Below are positions 37,201 to 51,221 of a stretch of 54,971 bases of DNA, one piece after another. Position 1 is the stretch's first letter; every line of letters begins with the position of its first letter. Where the stretch lies: contig NW_024705313.1 of assembly GCF_018977255.1 (NCBI RefSeq), positions 1-54,971 of the forward strand, given 5' to 3'. A model generated the notes under the pieces. The model had not been told where the DNA came from, made no database searches, and was given only the letters and a program-made list of their open reading frames with translations. Made by a program: the position numbers and the translations under genes. Origin of the DNA: Callorhinchus milii (lineage: Eukaryota).

Positions 37201-40200
37201 CTCAAGAGCTATAGGCGCAATGTGGTAATTCTAAGATGGATTAGGACAGGGCCCGCTGCTTACTTTGCCATACAATTTCTAGCCTGGAGTGAGGCTTTTA
37301 GATTTCTAATTGATCCCGCGAAGGGCGATCGGTCAGACGATGAGCCAATTTGAAAAGGCGTTATCATCTTAAACCGACATAATGGCGCATAGCAAAGTAT
37401 CCCAGAACTACGTCCCCCCCAATGGAGAAACAGATAAAACCATAGTCTATGAAATAATCAAGATGTCGACGGTGGCCAGAGAGCCTGGAATACTTAAGTT
37501 GGATTATTGATCATGGTAATATGAGAAGTTGTGATTTGCTACACCGTTGCGGCGGATAGGGTTAGTTCTTGCCAACACTCTGCCTTCCCGAGACATCTTT
37601 TCCCTAAGAGCGAGGAATCTAAGGCTACAAGTATGCTTAAGGGCGACGTTTCAGTTCATTACCCCTGAATGATCCCTTGCGCCGCGTGCTTTCGTCCCAT
37701 TGCGATCCAGTCGATTGACTCAAGTTATGACTATCTCTAAGAACGGGATCACCATCACGCAGTTCGTACGGTAGCGGTTGGTAGAGATTAAGGGCTAAGC
37801 ACGTCAGTCGAGAAGCCCACGGCCGATACCAATCAATGAGAGCAACGTGCGTCGTTTTTATTAATACGCGGCCTGCCCCCGTCGCTATATTTCCTATACT
37901 ACAAGCGGACTGCATGGCGGACAGGTAAATGAAAAGCTCATTTGTGCTGTCTAGTTTCCCGTGCTCTGTTTATTGAGCGACGATGAACTGCACGAGCCCG
38001 AGGTGCATTGGAGGAAAAAGGAACGTAGACTATTTGCCTCCCCCAGGGCAAACGTAGTTAAAACTAATACTTGCACTCGATATATATATAACCCGAAATG
38101 GGAGTGTTCAAAGCCGTCCTCGGGTAAGCCTGCTCGACCCGATGCTACCACTCGTCCGAAGGACTGCCGGCAGTCATGACCGCAAGTCCAGCATAGTTGC
38201 TTCCCTGTAGGATTCCCATTGTGCTCAAAAATAATTGCGCCATGATACATATACAGTTTTTGGCGTAGTGTCAGGAACTTCTCCAAAGCGGCTGTTACAA
38301 GGCACAGAGGCATTTTCTTCCTGATGCGGGGTGGGTTCGCGCAATACGACAAGAACCTACATTTTACAAAATCGGAACTACACAACTAATCGCCACACGC
38401 GCCTTGTATTGAGTATGTTCAAGAGGCAATAAGGTTGCGGCCTTTTGCGACATGGCCGCGTTGACGTCTGTGTGGTAACGGTACACAGTCGGGCTGTGCC
38501 ACTGTCCTGGAGGCGGAAACCGGGGGGTGAGGACAACGGAGGAGCCTCGGTGGAGCTCATTCTGTACACCTGTAGTAGCCGAAAATCGTAGTGAACTTGC
38601 ACATCTAACAAGGGCCCCGGGTAACATATGGCCCAGTTACGTCAAAGGCAACATGTTACAAGTCCTGTCCATTTGGAGGGGACCATATTCCCCGTTTCAG
38701 CAAAGAAGACTCGGCGTAAGTTGTGGTCCTATGGGGTTTTTAGTACCAGGACAACGTTTCACGGTTCTCAACGCCACCTGAAATCGTACGCAAGTCCCTG
38801 TATCACATGTTCCAAGGAGCGATCCCCTACCCCCGCGGGGAGTTACTGCTGCGGTATGACTAGCTGCGCCCTCGCCCAGGGGTAAGTGGAAAGCGGGCGA
38901 TCTGTTGAATGGCCAGACTCTGTGGGAGGGAGTCTACTCAGTCTGAAACATAGTTCGACGCAAGAGCAGTGATTGAGTCTGCTACTTTCAACCGTGGACC
39001 GGAACCCTTGATGAATTCTAAACTCGGTGCCAAAGTAAAGGCTATCGGAGAGCGAGTAGAACCAAACATGCGTAGTTGCCCCCTGAAACCCGGCCCGGAG
39101 CGACCGGACCCTGCATAGCATAATAAGCAGACATCTTAGAAAGTAATACACTGGTTAGTGTAAGCCGATCCATGTGTCAAGCCACAATCTAGGTGAACGG
39201 TAGTATGGTACGTGCCTCGGGGAGCTCAGTACTGGTAACATCAGTTACAGGGGCCCATCACGATCATATCAACACTCACCAGACGATGAGAAAATTAGGG
39301 CATTACCCGGTTGAAGCAAGGTGCCTAGTGGACGCCTAGACTCTACCACAACTTTTGAATATTAACGCTAACCGTGTCGAGTAGCGTTTATAACGGGTTT
39401 CTCCTCCTTGTAGGGGGACTGCTGCGGAGTGTTTACATACACGTTTTGCGAAATGCAGCTGTCGCTAGCCCCTTCTAATACCATGGCAAACTATGTGAGT
39501 AGCGTCGATTATTTGTACAACCCCTCAGTGGGCGACCACTGAAAGTTAGGATCCCCATACCGGCCCGGTGAAATAGTGCATTCCCTTCTGGCGATGCCAA
39601 CCATATAAACGGTACTTAACTTAATGTCGGACTTTATTAATACAAGTCTAGCGACCCAATGTTGGCCGCGTACTTGTGTCGGGTCCAGTTTGTTTACTGG
39701 TAACCAATGCCATTCTACGAAGTAGGGATTTTTTCACCGAACCGACTTTCCCTCTCCTAGTTTCGCCGTAAGAGTAGGGACTTGCCTGCCCTATATTGTG
39801 ATCTGGACTTCCAATGCTAATACCTAAAGGGCGCCAGTTAGATAGTGGACACAAGGCAAGAACGCAGTGTCCATAATTTCAATAGTCCGGCCCAAACACA
39901 CCCGGATCTGTCCTTAAGCTCCTCCGACACCGAGTTACACAAGATTTTCCGCTAAAGAGGCCGGCGAAGGTCATTGTGTTGCTCGCATGGTTGCCCCGGA
40001 ATCTAACTGTGCCTGTTCTGGATAGGGAGCCTTGAAAGTGGTCGATCATAAGTTAGTTTCATATGGCATCGCAACTCTGCTAATCACACGTTGCGTTTCT
40101 GAACCAGTGCGCCCCAAAACCTTTTGAGTTGTTTCATTGCTCCCGGAAGTCTGCGTTTCACTAAACAGAATGATATTGAGATCGTGAAGTCAAAATTACG

Positions 40201-43200
40201 TATCCTCTGGCTCAGACAAGTAGTGATGGTAGGCGAATGATTCCCCGATGTGAGAACCTATTTTGTAGGAGCCGTATCTAATTTACATATGGAATGGAAG
40301 GCTGACGGGTTCAGGTTTGGCTATGCGTAATCTGACCAGAATTTATGCACACGGGACCTAACGTTCGGGGAGGACGTTGAACCATAGAAAGTACCAAATC
40401 GCGACCACGAGTGCTTCATACTGGTATAGACCCAACTTAGGCATAGGCTACAAATAAATGGCGTTACTTATGTGGGACCAGCGTTGACCCTACTGAGAGT
40501 AAGATATCGGTATTTATCGCCAAACCGGATCCCGCTCCCAGGTGACCAACGGAGGGCGTCGGGCAATATGAGGGCCATGTCCCTACTGTCTACGGCGTGA
40601 ACCCCTGTGGGATGCTATGGTGCCGCTGAGGCGATCAGTTTCATCTCCGCCATCTGTAGATCAACTGTCCTAGAGATACGCAAGTAAAAAGTAGCTCGGC
40701 GACACGTAACGCCTCAGTCGGTGTCGATTCAATCCCATTCGTCGTTCTGGGCAGGTAGACTACTGGGAATTTAGTTTCAAAACCGTGGTAGTGTAATACT
40801 TTGGCTTCTCGAGGCTGAATCTCGCGGGCGTCGACGACTATTATGACCCTAGTCTGGAGTGTAGCTAAGAGAAGCTTGTTACACCGTTGTTGAAGGAATC
40901 CTGTGGAGAATGGTGCGCAGAGTGAGGGTTATCGCGCCTACTGATCATGTGAGGTTAATATTGGAGGCGTTCCGACCCCGACCTAGAGTCCGTCGGCTTT
41001 TGATTCCGGGATAGGGTCGTAAACCTCCTTTAGCCTATAAATGGTGACTCAGCTGCGTTTCACCCAATTTGTCGGGGGTCCAAAATCTCCGGGTGAAGGC
41101 TCCGCGACCTGCGAATTTCTCTTGTGTTAATAAGGGTATATTCAGTTACAACATTCAGCGATCTTCGTCGGCTCCGGGGAGAGCCGGGTAGCGGCACAAT
41201 CGGCCCTATACAGGTACCGAAGCGACTACCATCGAAGGGTATGCGCGGAAGAACATTTGCTACGGGCGACGCCAGTATCTCGCCGATTGGATCCGTATTA
41301 GTACGACCTAGAGCTCGCGTCCAGAAGCGAATCGGCCCACCCACACTTTAGGATTCGGTAACGCCAATAAGCGTATCTTGTGGCGATGCGAATCTCACTG
41401 TTCACGCATAATTGGAGATTTTTATCACAGCAGTAGCAACGTAGCTTGTTATGAAGATCGAGCTCGTTCCCTACAATGCGATTTCACCTTATTATTTGCC
41501 CCTCTGGCTTACTGGCTGCGACCCGTACCGTACGGGCGTGCCGCATCTAACACCACAAGGAACTACTAACTTTCGCAATATTATGCCCTGAAAGAACGAC
41601 GGGTAGGCGACGGAAGATTTCAAGCAATCGTTTACAATTAGAAATTCAGTACAGCTGACTCAGTGAGACGCCAAAGGAGTCTCGCACATAGCCGCCGATA
41701 TAATGCGCATTCTTGGGAGCTCTATACGGCATACCATTATATGGAGCGGATCATAAGAGGGCCGTAGCTCATGGGCATCTGAGCAAATAGTAACGTTGCC
41801 TTACGTTCGGTCGTGGAACACACGCCGCAAGTGGCTCGTCTCAGAGCGACTTGCAGCAGCTCAAAGCACGCATTTTGCTTCCTACAACACACCGTCTCTA
41901 GGGCAATCGTCCGGCTCTGGCCTACGGGATATAAATGTTGTACGTAAGACAGCGTGTCACCGTAGGGTAATGGCCGATGGAGAAAAGGGGTTAAGAGCAG
42001 CATATGTTCGTCTCGTTCACAAGAAAAGCCGACTAGAATTGGAGTGTACGGTTCTCACCTGTCGAACATATGGATCCACTTTATTAAACGAGGGCTGCGG
42101 AAGTGGAGTTTCTGATGCGCCGATAAAATTCTGTTTCCCGGGCCATATGAAGCAGGAAATAACAATCCCCTGAGAATCCATAACCCAAGGCTCACCTTCG
42201 CATGCGATTTCTCTACGTTGGGGTCCTGGACGAAGAGTGCGTGCCGCTGGTCAACTGAAAAATTCCGGGGTAAGTATACGTAATCCAGCACGATGTTGTC
42301 AATTCCAAGCCGCCAGTGAAAGGATTGCGCAGCCGTAACGGGTTCTCGGAATTCGAATAAGTACATTAGTTGTACGCGTTGAAGCAACGTTTCATTCAGC
42401 ACATTGGGTCGACATCCGGATATATAACTGCTGTGTCAGAATCTTGACCTTTAGAGCTACCGCGGCCAACCGGGATCATCACTGACCACCAGCCTGGAGG
42501 CGACTTCTTGAAAGACTGAAAGGTTCATCTTCATGCTTGCTGAGTTGACGGTGTTTTCCTGCGCCCACTTCGTCCCCCCGTAGGGGAATATGAGGCAAAC
42601 AGGCAGGTATATTATCATAGGATGATTCAGCTATACCCCGCGAGTCAACGCGCTGTTAGTGTAGTAGCGCGCTAGAAAACCGTTCTAGTGCCTGTAACCG
42701 AGGGAGCTTCGAGCTCTAATGAATGCTAGTCACTTAGACGGCATCCGGAGCAATACCAACACGATATAATCCTAGATCCGGAGAGCCGGGGACTATAATG
42801 TGTACGGCGTCGGGGCTGTCGGAAGAGTCTCAAGGCAACCAAACAGCAGCGGAAGACGTGCGGTCACCTATTCTTTATATTGTAGGCGCGGTCAACGCTT
42901 GCACCAGGGGCAGAAGGTCTTCGAAAGATGCGTAATACCAATTGAGGTATTTAACTATTTAGGTTCATAAGCACGCCTTTTAGGTATCCATTTGATACAT
43001 CCAAGTAAACAATCCAGGCTCTCAGGCTGGTACACAAAAGTGTTAACTTAACCAGGTGCAGCTTGGAATAAAGGCATCAAACGTAGCCCTACTGTACACG
43101 GAGCCTCCTATCTATGCTGCGCACTCCCTTTGCGGATGACAAAGTCAATATCGGGACTGGGGTCCATCCTTGACCGCAGATGTTCTAGCTAATGGCTATG

Positions 43201-46200
43201 ACCTGGCCCTTAGCGGTATGAAGCGTAGGGTTACGACAGACACCACATTTGAAGACAAAACAGCTGGAAGGCTGTCCCTAGAGCTACGCACTCGATTACA
43301 ATGCATGTACTATGATCCTGTCAATAACCTATTCTCACCCCCTACATAGAGAAGCGCCTAGACTTTGAGTTCCTTTTTCGTTATAGTTTCGCTTATCACG
43401 AAGTAGGTCGCTCAGCGTTGCTAACAGCGTAATTTCGATACTACCAGAAATTCTCGCACCTAGAAAGCAATACCCTCCCAAGAGTCAAGTCGGGCAGAGA
43501 AGTTTCGCTGGAGTGCGGCGCATTCAAGAGCTTGGCCTGTAAGAGAATGCTGGGAAACTAGTTGGTACCTTGTCCACACCGGTAACAGGCCAAGCCCGAG
43601 GAGTACGCTGTAGAACGTAGTGTTCTGGTCGTATGAGCTAGCAGAGGCGCGAACTGAACAGGGACAGGAGAGAACCATCTTAACAGAGATTTGATGACTC
43701 GTTGGCAATTAGGAGGATCGCTGTTTGGTATTCGAAGTTATACTCTTTCGTTAAGTACTACGTGCAATAATACACGTAATGCATAACGTCGCGGACCAGG
43801 GGAACCCCATCGGGCGCCTTGAAATATGCATGGATGTTCTCACTGGCGAGGCTAGGTACATGTGATCATGACTTAGAAGGAAGCGCATTATTGTATTGGA
43901 ATGTATCGCATATTATTTGTGAAAAGCTGTGCCTACAGTATACACGACTTACCATCATTTTTGGGTCTGGGTTAAAAGAAGAGCCCGATACGCTTATCGC
44001 TTTTACTGTTCGGGTCCAGCCAACAGATCCCGCTGCTGAGACTAGTCCTAGTAGGTTGACTTGTAGAATTGACGAATTAAAGTGGTAGTATATCAGTGCA
44101 TAAGTGGTGGCTGGGAGATAGAGCTAGAATCAGCCCCCATGCACCATACTTGAAGGTAATTAGTGTACGAGCGTTATAAGCCGAAAGCGTCGAGTGTGAT
44201 GAGTTTCTACTACGTTAGGCAGCAGTTACAGGTCTCTTAGTGTGCACAAAGTCGTCAATGTGAATTTCCCTAAGTGGCAGGAATCTTGAGAAGGGGCGCG
44301 TTGTGCATAAAATTATAATAGTTTGAAAATACCTGTCTTACCATCAGCTGATATGGGCTAAAGACACAGCTAGTTCGGGCCGCAAGTAGATCCCCTTAGT
44401 ATGGAGGCAGGGGGCTAACACGTGCTGCCTTTGGCGAAGGGTTCTGAAGTACTGACGGGCTTGGGTGTTACTGTCAGTACATCATCGCGCCGCTTGAACG
44501 GGCACTAACCCATAGGTCTTGGATTACCTAGTGGCCGATACATTACCTGCCGAAACGCAAAGGACGACGGACTTTCCGACCCATTCCGCGCTCTCCCACG
44601 AAATATGAGTATGTAAATGGTTCTAACTCTTTGAATAGCTCAGCCAACTCACCAAACGTCGTTCGGCCCAAGATGGTATGTTAGTGGGCAAAATTCCCAA
44701 CCAGATCACTATTAGAGAACGGGGAAGTAGCGTTACCGCCACTGTTGGGAATTTTGAATCGGGTTGAATAATTCTTTATTCCACACCCGCCTGGTCAATA
44801 ATTTGGCGTCTCCATCATTGCATAGGACCACGCAAAGCGCCCGGCAATCGCCACCATTGCTCCGGTTAATTGGGACACTTCGTGACTAGGCCGTTTAAAC
44901 TTGCAGCCTCCAGCGAGCTTACACTAGCAGAATGTGCCGAGCCGAAAACTGGTGGTGCTTTCACCACGGAGAATAGTGCATTGTTGTTAGCGCGGCTTTA
45001 AGGCTAGGGTATATGAGAGCCACGCTTCGGCAGGCAGCAAAGAGGTAGATGGTAAGTATAGGAAGGGGACCGTATCAAACACACTGTTTCTTTTTCCACT
45101 AGCCGCACAGGCAAACGGTTCGACGGGAGTCTATATGAGAACAGTGCCGTCCGAAAAAGGTTACATATTGTCAAGTTGAATCCATGCTTCGCGATGCCAC
45201 TTGTATCCCAGGGCGTGTCGACTCCCACACGGAGTGCCATGTCACCCCTAACCGACGGTATGTAAACCATAGCTCGATTTCGGTAGAGGCTAAAAAGGGC
45301 TTAGTCTTACTAGGACAGGGTGGCCTGCTATGGTACTCATATGACGTAGGAGGGCGCACCGCTAGGCATCGAGCGGGAAAGCATCCTTCTTAACTATCAG
45401 ATACCACACCTGAGTTACTGAAGTAAGTCGATAAAGATAAAGACCGGTGATGGTTCATAGACCGCCAGATCGCTCAAGAGGTGCACTAAAACTAGCTCAC
45501 ACGGATACGTCTTGAAAGGGCAAACTAAAGGTGGCTAGCCAATTAGATATATTAGACACATGTTGCCTAGCAAAAACATAAGGACATTAGTCATACCCGT
45601 GAATGTATGGTCCCGGCCGCAAGGACTATGTCCAAGTAGATACGGTGTAGTCGATAGATAGTTTAAGGAGGTTCACGTACTATACGACCCTGCTCTCGGG
45701 GAAAATATCACGATTCTTGCCTAAAATTTCTCCAGACCAGACTGTGGCTCACTTTGACTCTGCAGTCCGGTGATGCATAACGAGCCGTTCCAGGGGCGCC
45801 TAATACCCGAGCGACTGCCCGGGTTATCCCTCGTTGTCAGTTAGCAGCTTACATGGAGCGCTTTGCCGGTCCCACTGTTTGAGGGTGTTTAGCAGGCTGT
45901 GACCGACAAAACACCGGCAAGGCTGTAAACCACTACCCGCGAGACATCTTTTTAATCCTCAGTTGGCCCTAATGTGTAAGCACCTAAAATCCTAACACAT
46001 GGTGTTGGCGATCAGGATTAACGCAAGCGCTGCGGTCGCGACCAAGACCGCCGTCTGGCCGGTTGATGACGCGATTGTGGTTGATGATGCCCATACCCAG
46101 TCAACGAGCCACCCTCCGAGAACGCAGTACAGATAGATAAGTGAAAACTGCAAGCCGTTGCATCGACTTTTCTCGTCCGTTCTGCTATAAATCAACTTTA

Positions 46201-47900
46201 GTCATAGGTTATCATCCAGAGTCCTCCTACTATTTAATTTAAGCCGCGTGGGCCTTGACGAAATGCCCAACGAGGTACTAAGGGTGTTATAGAACTTCCA
46301 GATTGCCTGCCGCGTGGCAGTAGGCATATTGTCGTATAGATCCTGTGAGTACTGATACTCAACAAACTTTATGGCTGGTGTCCCGGTAAGACTGTGAAGG
46401 TGGAGTGACGCTAGCTGAAAAGATCGCTCTTGAGTAGTAAGCGTCGATACCCTGCAAGTCAGTCACCTTTTTGAATAGTAATCTTTAAATGTTCCCTACA
46501 AACAAGACGGAGCATAAGGAATCCTGGGGAAGATGACAACCCGAAAAGAGTCAAGTAGGATACTCGACACGTTCGCTAAACAGTCGGTATCTAATCATGT
46601 TGGAAATCACTTTCACGCCCCCGACCATGAGATCGATGCCATCTGTTGGACCCTGCGTATTTTTCCAGATCACTACGGTGCCCTTGTGACAGGGGCGAAA
46701 AAATTAGCTGCAGAGCTAGACGAGAGAACCCGGCGTACGCAAAAGGGCATACTTACGAACAGGTCGCCATACCCTTCAGGACCTTTGTGGTTGTAAGTTA
46801 TTAAACAGACACCAGCTGATCGGCATATACCTCAAAAGATTATGCGGACGATCCAGGCCCACTCCGAATATGCCCGTAAGAATGCACGCCAAGTACTGCC
46901 AGATATCAGTCACTACCAACCGTATGAGTGGTTGTAGGTACGCGTGAAGTGAGGAGTAAGATTACTGCCGGGTAAGAGAGCATCGCACGGGAACGTGTTC
47001 TTTGGCTAGGCCTTTACAGTTGCAAGTAGCACAAATTCGTAATTCCACCATACGAGCGATCCTGTGGCGGAACTTCGCTGGAACATATTGTGTATGCCCC
47101 TTATCAAGCTGTGCTCGACGTCCATGCTTGTGTTTTAACGGGTGTCCAGGGAAAATAAATACCATCTCGAGTTACCCCCGGCTGCGTATCACGGTCTCAT
47201 TTCATGATAAGTCGAGCAGCGTCTGGAACCGCAGTAGCGATCTGGAATCGGGGGAACACTGGTACGCCCACGAAGAACTGTCGAACTATTAAGTCTCGAT
47301 ATGGACTGACAATACACCAAATCCAGTCGGTTTCGAATATAATGACCGCGCCAGAAGCGTGACTGAGTGCGTATTACTTTATAACATAGTAGGAGTCGCG
47401 ACAAGTTGTGGTTAATTAATCACTACTAGTAGCTATATAAAGAGTCCACTAATTTGAGGTCTACATGTTTCTCTTCCGTTAGTCAGGTTGCACAGTAGGG
47501 CGCACCACCAAGATGGATGAGCGGCAGTACGTGTATTCAGATCATTTGAGCCATGGGGGGTACACGATGTATGTAACTGATAAACACCGACACTTTTAAC
47601 GTCTAATGTTCCAGGTAAAAGAAACACGAGGCCAGGTGGCAACCGTAATGATTGCACAGCTCCAACTTAACGTAGCTGTTGCTATTCACGTGACAGATAT
47701 TCCCATGGTAGATACAATCCACGGTGGTTGTAGTTTTTTCAAGGAGATTACTTATGTTGGGCTGTCCTGCCTAACCTCCCTATTACCACGCTGCTGTAGG
47801 AGATGATTGTTCGTCCGGTACATGTGAGTGTCAAACATAAATAGTTTGTGGTTATCAGGATTACAGCGGAGGAGATTTACAAGATTAGACAGCTGCCATA
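28300..47900. other. About 19.6 kb of featureless, random-like sequence (right boundary approximate)
   Basis: Longest listed ORF is 149 aa and none has a recognisable motif. By eye it has roughly even base usage with abundant CpG and TA/CTAG, no microsatellites or long homopolymers, and no copies of any repeat family that is dense in both flanks. Confidence 0.8.
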
Positions 47901-47929
47901 ATCTTAGTTCTATCTACAGTCTTTACCAG

Positions 47930-48191
47930 AAGGGATTTATGAGTGCTGTTTTCCTTTATTAATCAAAAGTAATATATATACACAACACATATTTAGAGAA
48001 CGTGAATATTCAGAAAATACACGAGTGTATTTCGCAAGATTTGTCAAATATTCTCGCCAGCGAAAGTCAAACTTGTCCACGGAGAGAGCAGCACGCTCTG
48101 GGACTGTGGACTATTTTCAATGCAATTGACTGCTCCGTATTTATAGGGCAACTCAACTATATCACGCAGCACGGAAGACTTGCATGAGTAA
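47930..48191 (-). repeat. Possible LTR fragment
   Basis: On -, a TATA-like ctataaata (48146-48138) is followed ~180 nt later by AATAAA (47960-47955), the U3-R layout of an LTR. No partner LTR was seen. Confidence 0.3.
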
Positions 48192-48620
48192 TCTATCTAT
48201 ATATTAAAAAAGTAAAAAATTGTGGCGGGATTTGTGGGTTTGTGTGCGGGTTTGTGTGTGGCCGCACGCTTCGCTCTCCAATGGTGAGGTTTACGTACAA
48301 AAAACAACAGCCCGGTACAACGCCGTAAGCCCCGCGGTGAGCAAGCGCTATTCCTTTTTCACATCCGTCAACTTTAAATTAGTTTAATTACGATTTAGTG
48401 CGATTTTGGTGAGCTTCACTTATATTTCTTTATTTATGACGCGTGCACTACCATACCAAGTCATGCGCCTTTCCTGGGGGGAACGTCCCATACCAAGTCA
48501 CACGTCTGCGGTGGGAGTGAGGGGGACATTTTCTTTCACGTTAAAAATGCTATAAAAATACACTAAATGCTCAGGTAAATTCTTATTACTACTATACAGT
48601 CACTAGATGCTACCACTATA
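48192..48620 (+). mobile_element. Possible non-autonomous Helitron 5' part
   Basis: A|TCTATCTATATATTAAAAAA start followed by GTTTGTG repeats; 3' boundary uncertain. Confidence 0.35.
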
Positions 48621-48829
48621 GGCCGTAGATAATACTACAGAGCGGCCGGGGAGATCGTGGCTGGGGGTGGGGGGGTCAGGGGTAGCAGCCCAGCCCAAGC
48701 CTGCCAAGGTGCCACCTCGGCCGGCTGGACAATCTAGGCGAGGCCGGAGGCTCTGCACGGGCCTAGGCCTCACCACGCCACTCTGTCAGGTGAGTACTTT
48801 GTGCTATACAGTCGATAAATAGTGCTATA

Positions 48830-49220
48830 GAGTCAGTATGTACTACTGTAGTGATAGCAGGTACCAACACAGACGGTATGCACTGCTGTTTCATAGCAGG
48901 TCCCACCACAGTCAGTATACACTGCTGTAATCATAGCAGGTACCACCACAGTCAGTATACACTGCTGTAATCATAGCAGGTACCACCACAGTCGGTATGC
49001 ACTGCAGTAATCATAGCAGGTACCACCACAGTATGCATTGCTGCAGTGAAAGCAGGTACCACCACAGTATGCACTGCTGTAATCATAGCAGGTACCACCA
49101 CAGTCGGTATGCACTGCAGTAATCATAGCAGGTACCACCACAGTATGCATTGCTGCAGTGAAAGCAGGTACCACCACAGTATGCACTGCTGTCACCATAG
49201 CATGTACCACCACAGTCAGT
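48830..49220. repeat. Minisatellite, about 10 units of 36-40 bp, with a 112-bp higher-order duplication
   Basis: Unit cagt(cagt)atrcactgctgtaatcatagcaggtaccacca; 48989-49100 is repeated at 49101-49212. Confidence 0.92.
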
Positions 49221-49224
49221 ACGA

Positions 49225-49548
49225 ACTGTTGTTAGCTCGGTCAATGGCCAGGATCAACAGCGGCATGGTGTATTCCGCAAATATGCCTGACTGTGAGGGC
49301 GGGCACAAGCCGGCATGAGTAGGTTAAACGTTGAGTTTTATAAGGGCACCACGGGGTGGCCAGCCCCTCCCCACCCAGCCTCTCCCCACCCTCCCCACCC
49401 AGCCCCTACCCACCCTCCCTCCCCACCCAGCCCCTCCCCGCCCTCCCCACCCAGCCCCTCCCTCCACCCAGCCCCTCCCTGCACGACGGACGGACGGACA
49501 CAATAATCCCTGTGGGCTGGTGTAACCAAGAGGTTCTTACCAGTATAA
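49225..49548 (-). mobile_element. HINE/DINE-1-like Helentron derivative, copy 3 (3' end runs into the minisatellite)
   Basis: Homologous to 1887-2190; 5' subTIR present, 3' subTIR degenerate (gttcgtactga) and stem-loop absent. Confidence 0.7.
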
Positions 49549-49837
49549 TGTTTATTTTACATTGTAATGTTGAAACAATGCAAATATTATACAGTCACAT
49601 GCTATATTTAAAAAAAAAATACTCAACATATTTTAATGAGCTGTTGTGACCAATATAGAATTATGGATTTTTGGAACAATGGATGAAAAATGTAAGCCTG
49701 ACCTTCAAAATTATCCTTGTATGCTGCAGCTTAATGCCGAATGGAAAATGGCCTTATGTATAGAAAACACATAAACATTGTACACAGTAGAGCTGCATGT
49801 GTACATATGTATTTATTCACACGCAAACATACGTGTG

Positions 49838-50110
49838 GGGAGCGGTGGTGTAGTGGTTAGCGCGCTGAGCTACGAACCTGGCGATCCAAGTTCAATTCCC
49901 GCTCATGGCCAACCCCAGTGACAGATTGTCTGAACTGGTCCTGGGCCTCCCTATGTCGACTCAGTCTCAAGGGAGTTCCTAGTGCGGTGTGTAAACATCG
50001 CCACTAGGGAGACAAAGGGGGCTGGGCGTTGTGCTGGCCACCCACCCCCTCGTATACCCTGCTGGCCTTCACAGGTCCTCTCTCACAGCACTTGCCCCAA
50101 AAGTCTGTTA
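49838..50110 (+). mobile_element. tRNA-derived SINE
   Basis: A box tggtgtagtgg and B box gttcaattcc followed by a non-tRNA body; a decayed second copy lies at ~50516-50620. Confidence 0.65.
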
Positions 50111-50831
50111 AGACGTGTTTTCTTAGCCAGGCCCGAATGGTAACTTAATATTTGAGGCTAACATTGCAGCAATGTTTACAGATGTTATTAAAATGTGAGT
50201 TAGATATATGGGTGCCTGCAGGGAGGAGTTATTATTAGTTATGCTCCATGCTTGAGAAAATGACAGTATCAATCATTGAGTGAAACCTGTCACAAGTAGA
50301 GTCACAAGGCCATAATGATGTGTACATCATACTCCGGCGGGCTCTGGGATATTCACAATTCTATTTATGTTATTTACATAATTTTGTCCTTCATTACGCA
50401 ACTGTGAGTGACATGATATTTGTGCTGGGCGAGTCCAGCGGCATTGACACCGAGCGCTTGTAGTCTTGTATAAACCTGCAAACTACATTGCAAGCACTGG
50501 TAAGTTTGCCAGTGAAACAGTGGTGCGATGGTTAGTGCAATGTGCTATGAATTTGTTCAGTTCAATTCCCAGCCACAGCTAACATCAGTGGAAAGTGATA
50601 TCTGAACCGGCCCTGGACCTCATTCACCAACCCGGACTATTCCATTCGTGCGTTTGGCAATATGTTCACGAGCGAAATGTCAATGAACAAACTCAGCATG
50701 ACTGATCAGCATGGTCAAACAACCCCCGTGATCGATATGACAAGGGGGCTGGCGAGGCTTTATCCGGCAGTGGATTGACAACGTCTGTAAGTTATTATAT
50801 ATTAAGACAGCCATTTGATACATATGTTTAA

Positions 50832-51220
50832 CTAGCGTAAGTAGCCGGCGTTGCCCAGGCGAAAAAGACAGACGCACACGTCGACTTACACACACTTTAA
50901 ATGTGCATGAGTTTAGCGGACGAAGCTAGGAATAGAAATATACGGTAATTTTGTCCGAACACAAACATTATGATTGTAATATTTGCCAGGTGATTATTTT
51001 AAAAATAGGTTTCTATCAACGTGATTTGACACAATAACCAATGAATAAACGCAGAGCAAGTTATTAATAAATTAATAGTTGTGAGCACACAAACGAAAAT
51101 ATGTGAATATTAGCAAGGTGATTATTAAAATACCAGGTTTCTGTGTACATGAGTTGAGCGAAAGAAGCATGGAATCGAAAAATTAGTTGTCTGCACACAA
51201 ACATTATTAATGTACATTCA
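50832..51220 (-). mobile_element. Helitron-like 3' end with internal ~120-bp degenerate repeats
   Basis: On -, a GC-rich hairpin-like ctgggcaacgccggc is followed by CTAG|T at 50835-50831. Three cacaaac..gtgattatt..ggtttct-type units at 50945-51215, the third partial. Confidence 0.5.
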
Positions 51221-51221
51221 T

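Noticed and set aside
28652..47806. Dozens of 60-149 aa ORFs in the featureless block as a viral or novel gene cluster
   Set aside because: The lengths are what random ~50% GC DNA gives, many use non-ATG starts, and there are no motifs, strand organisation or splice structure
48830..49220. CRISPR-like array of 36-40 bp period
   Set aside because: The units are wholly repeated with no unique spacers, there are no cas genes and the context is eukaryotic; it is a minisatellite
49838..49910. tRNA gene
   Set aside because: A and B boxes are present but the acceptor stem does not pair well, and the sequence continues into a SINE body with a decayed second copy
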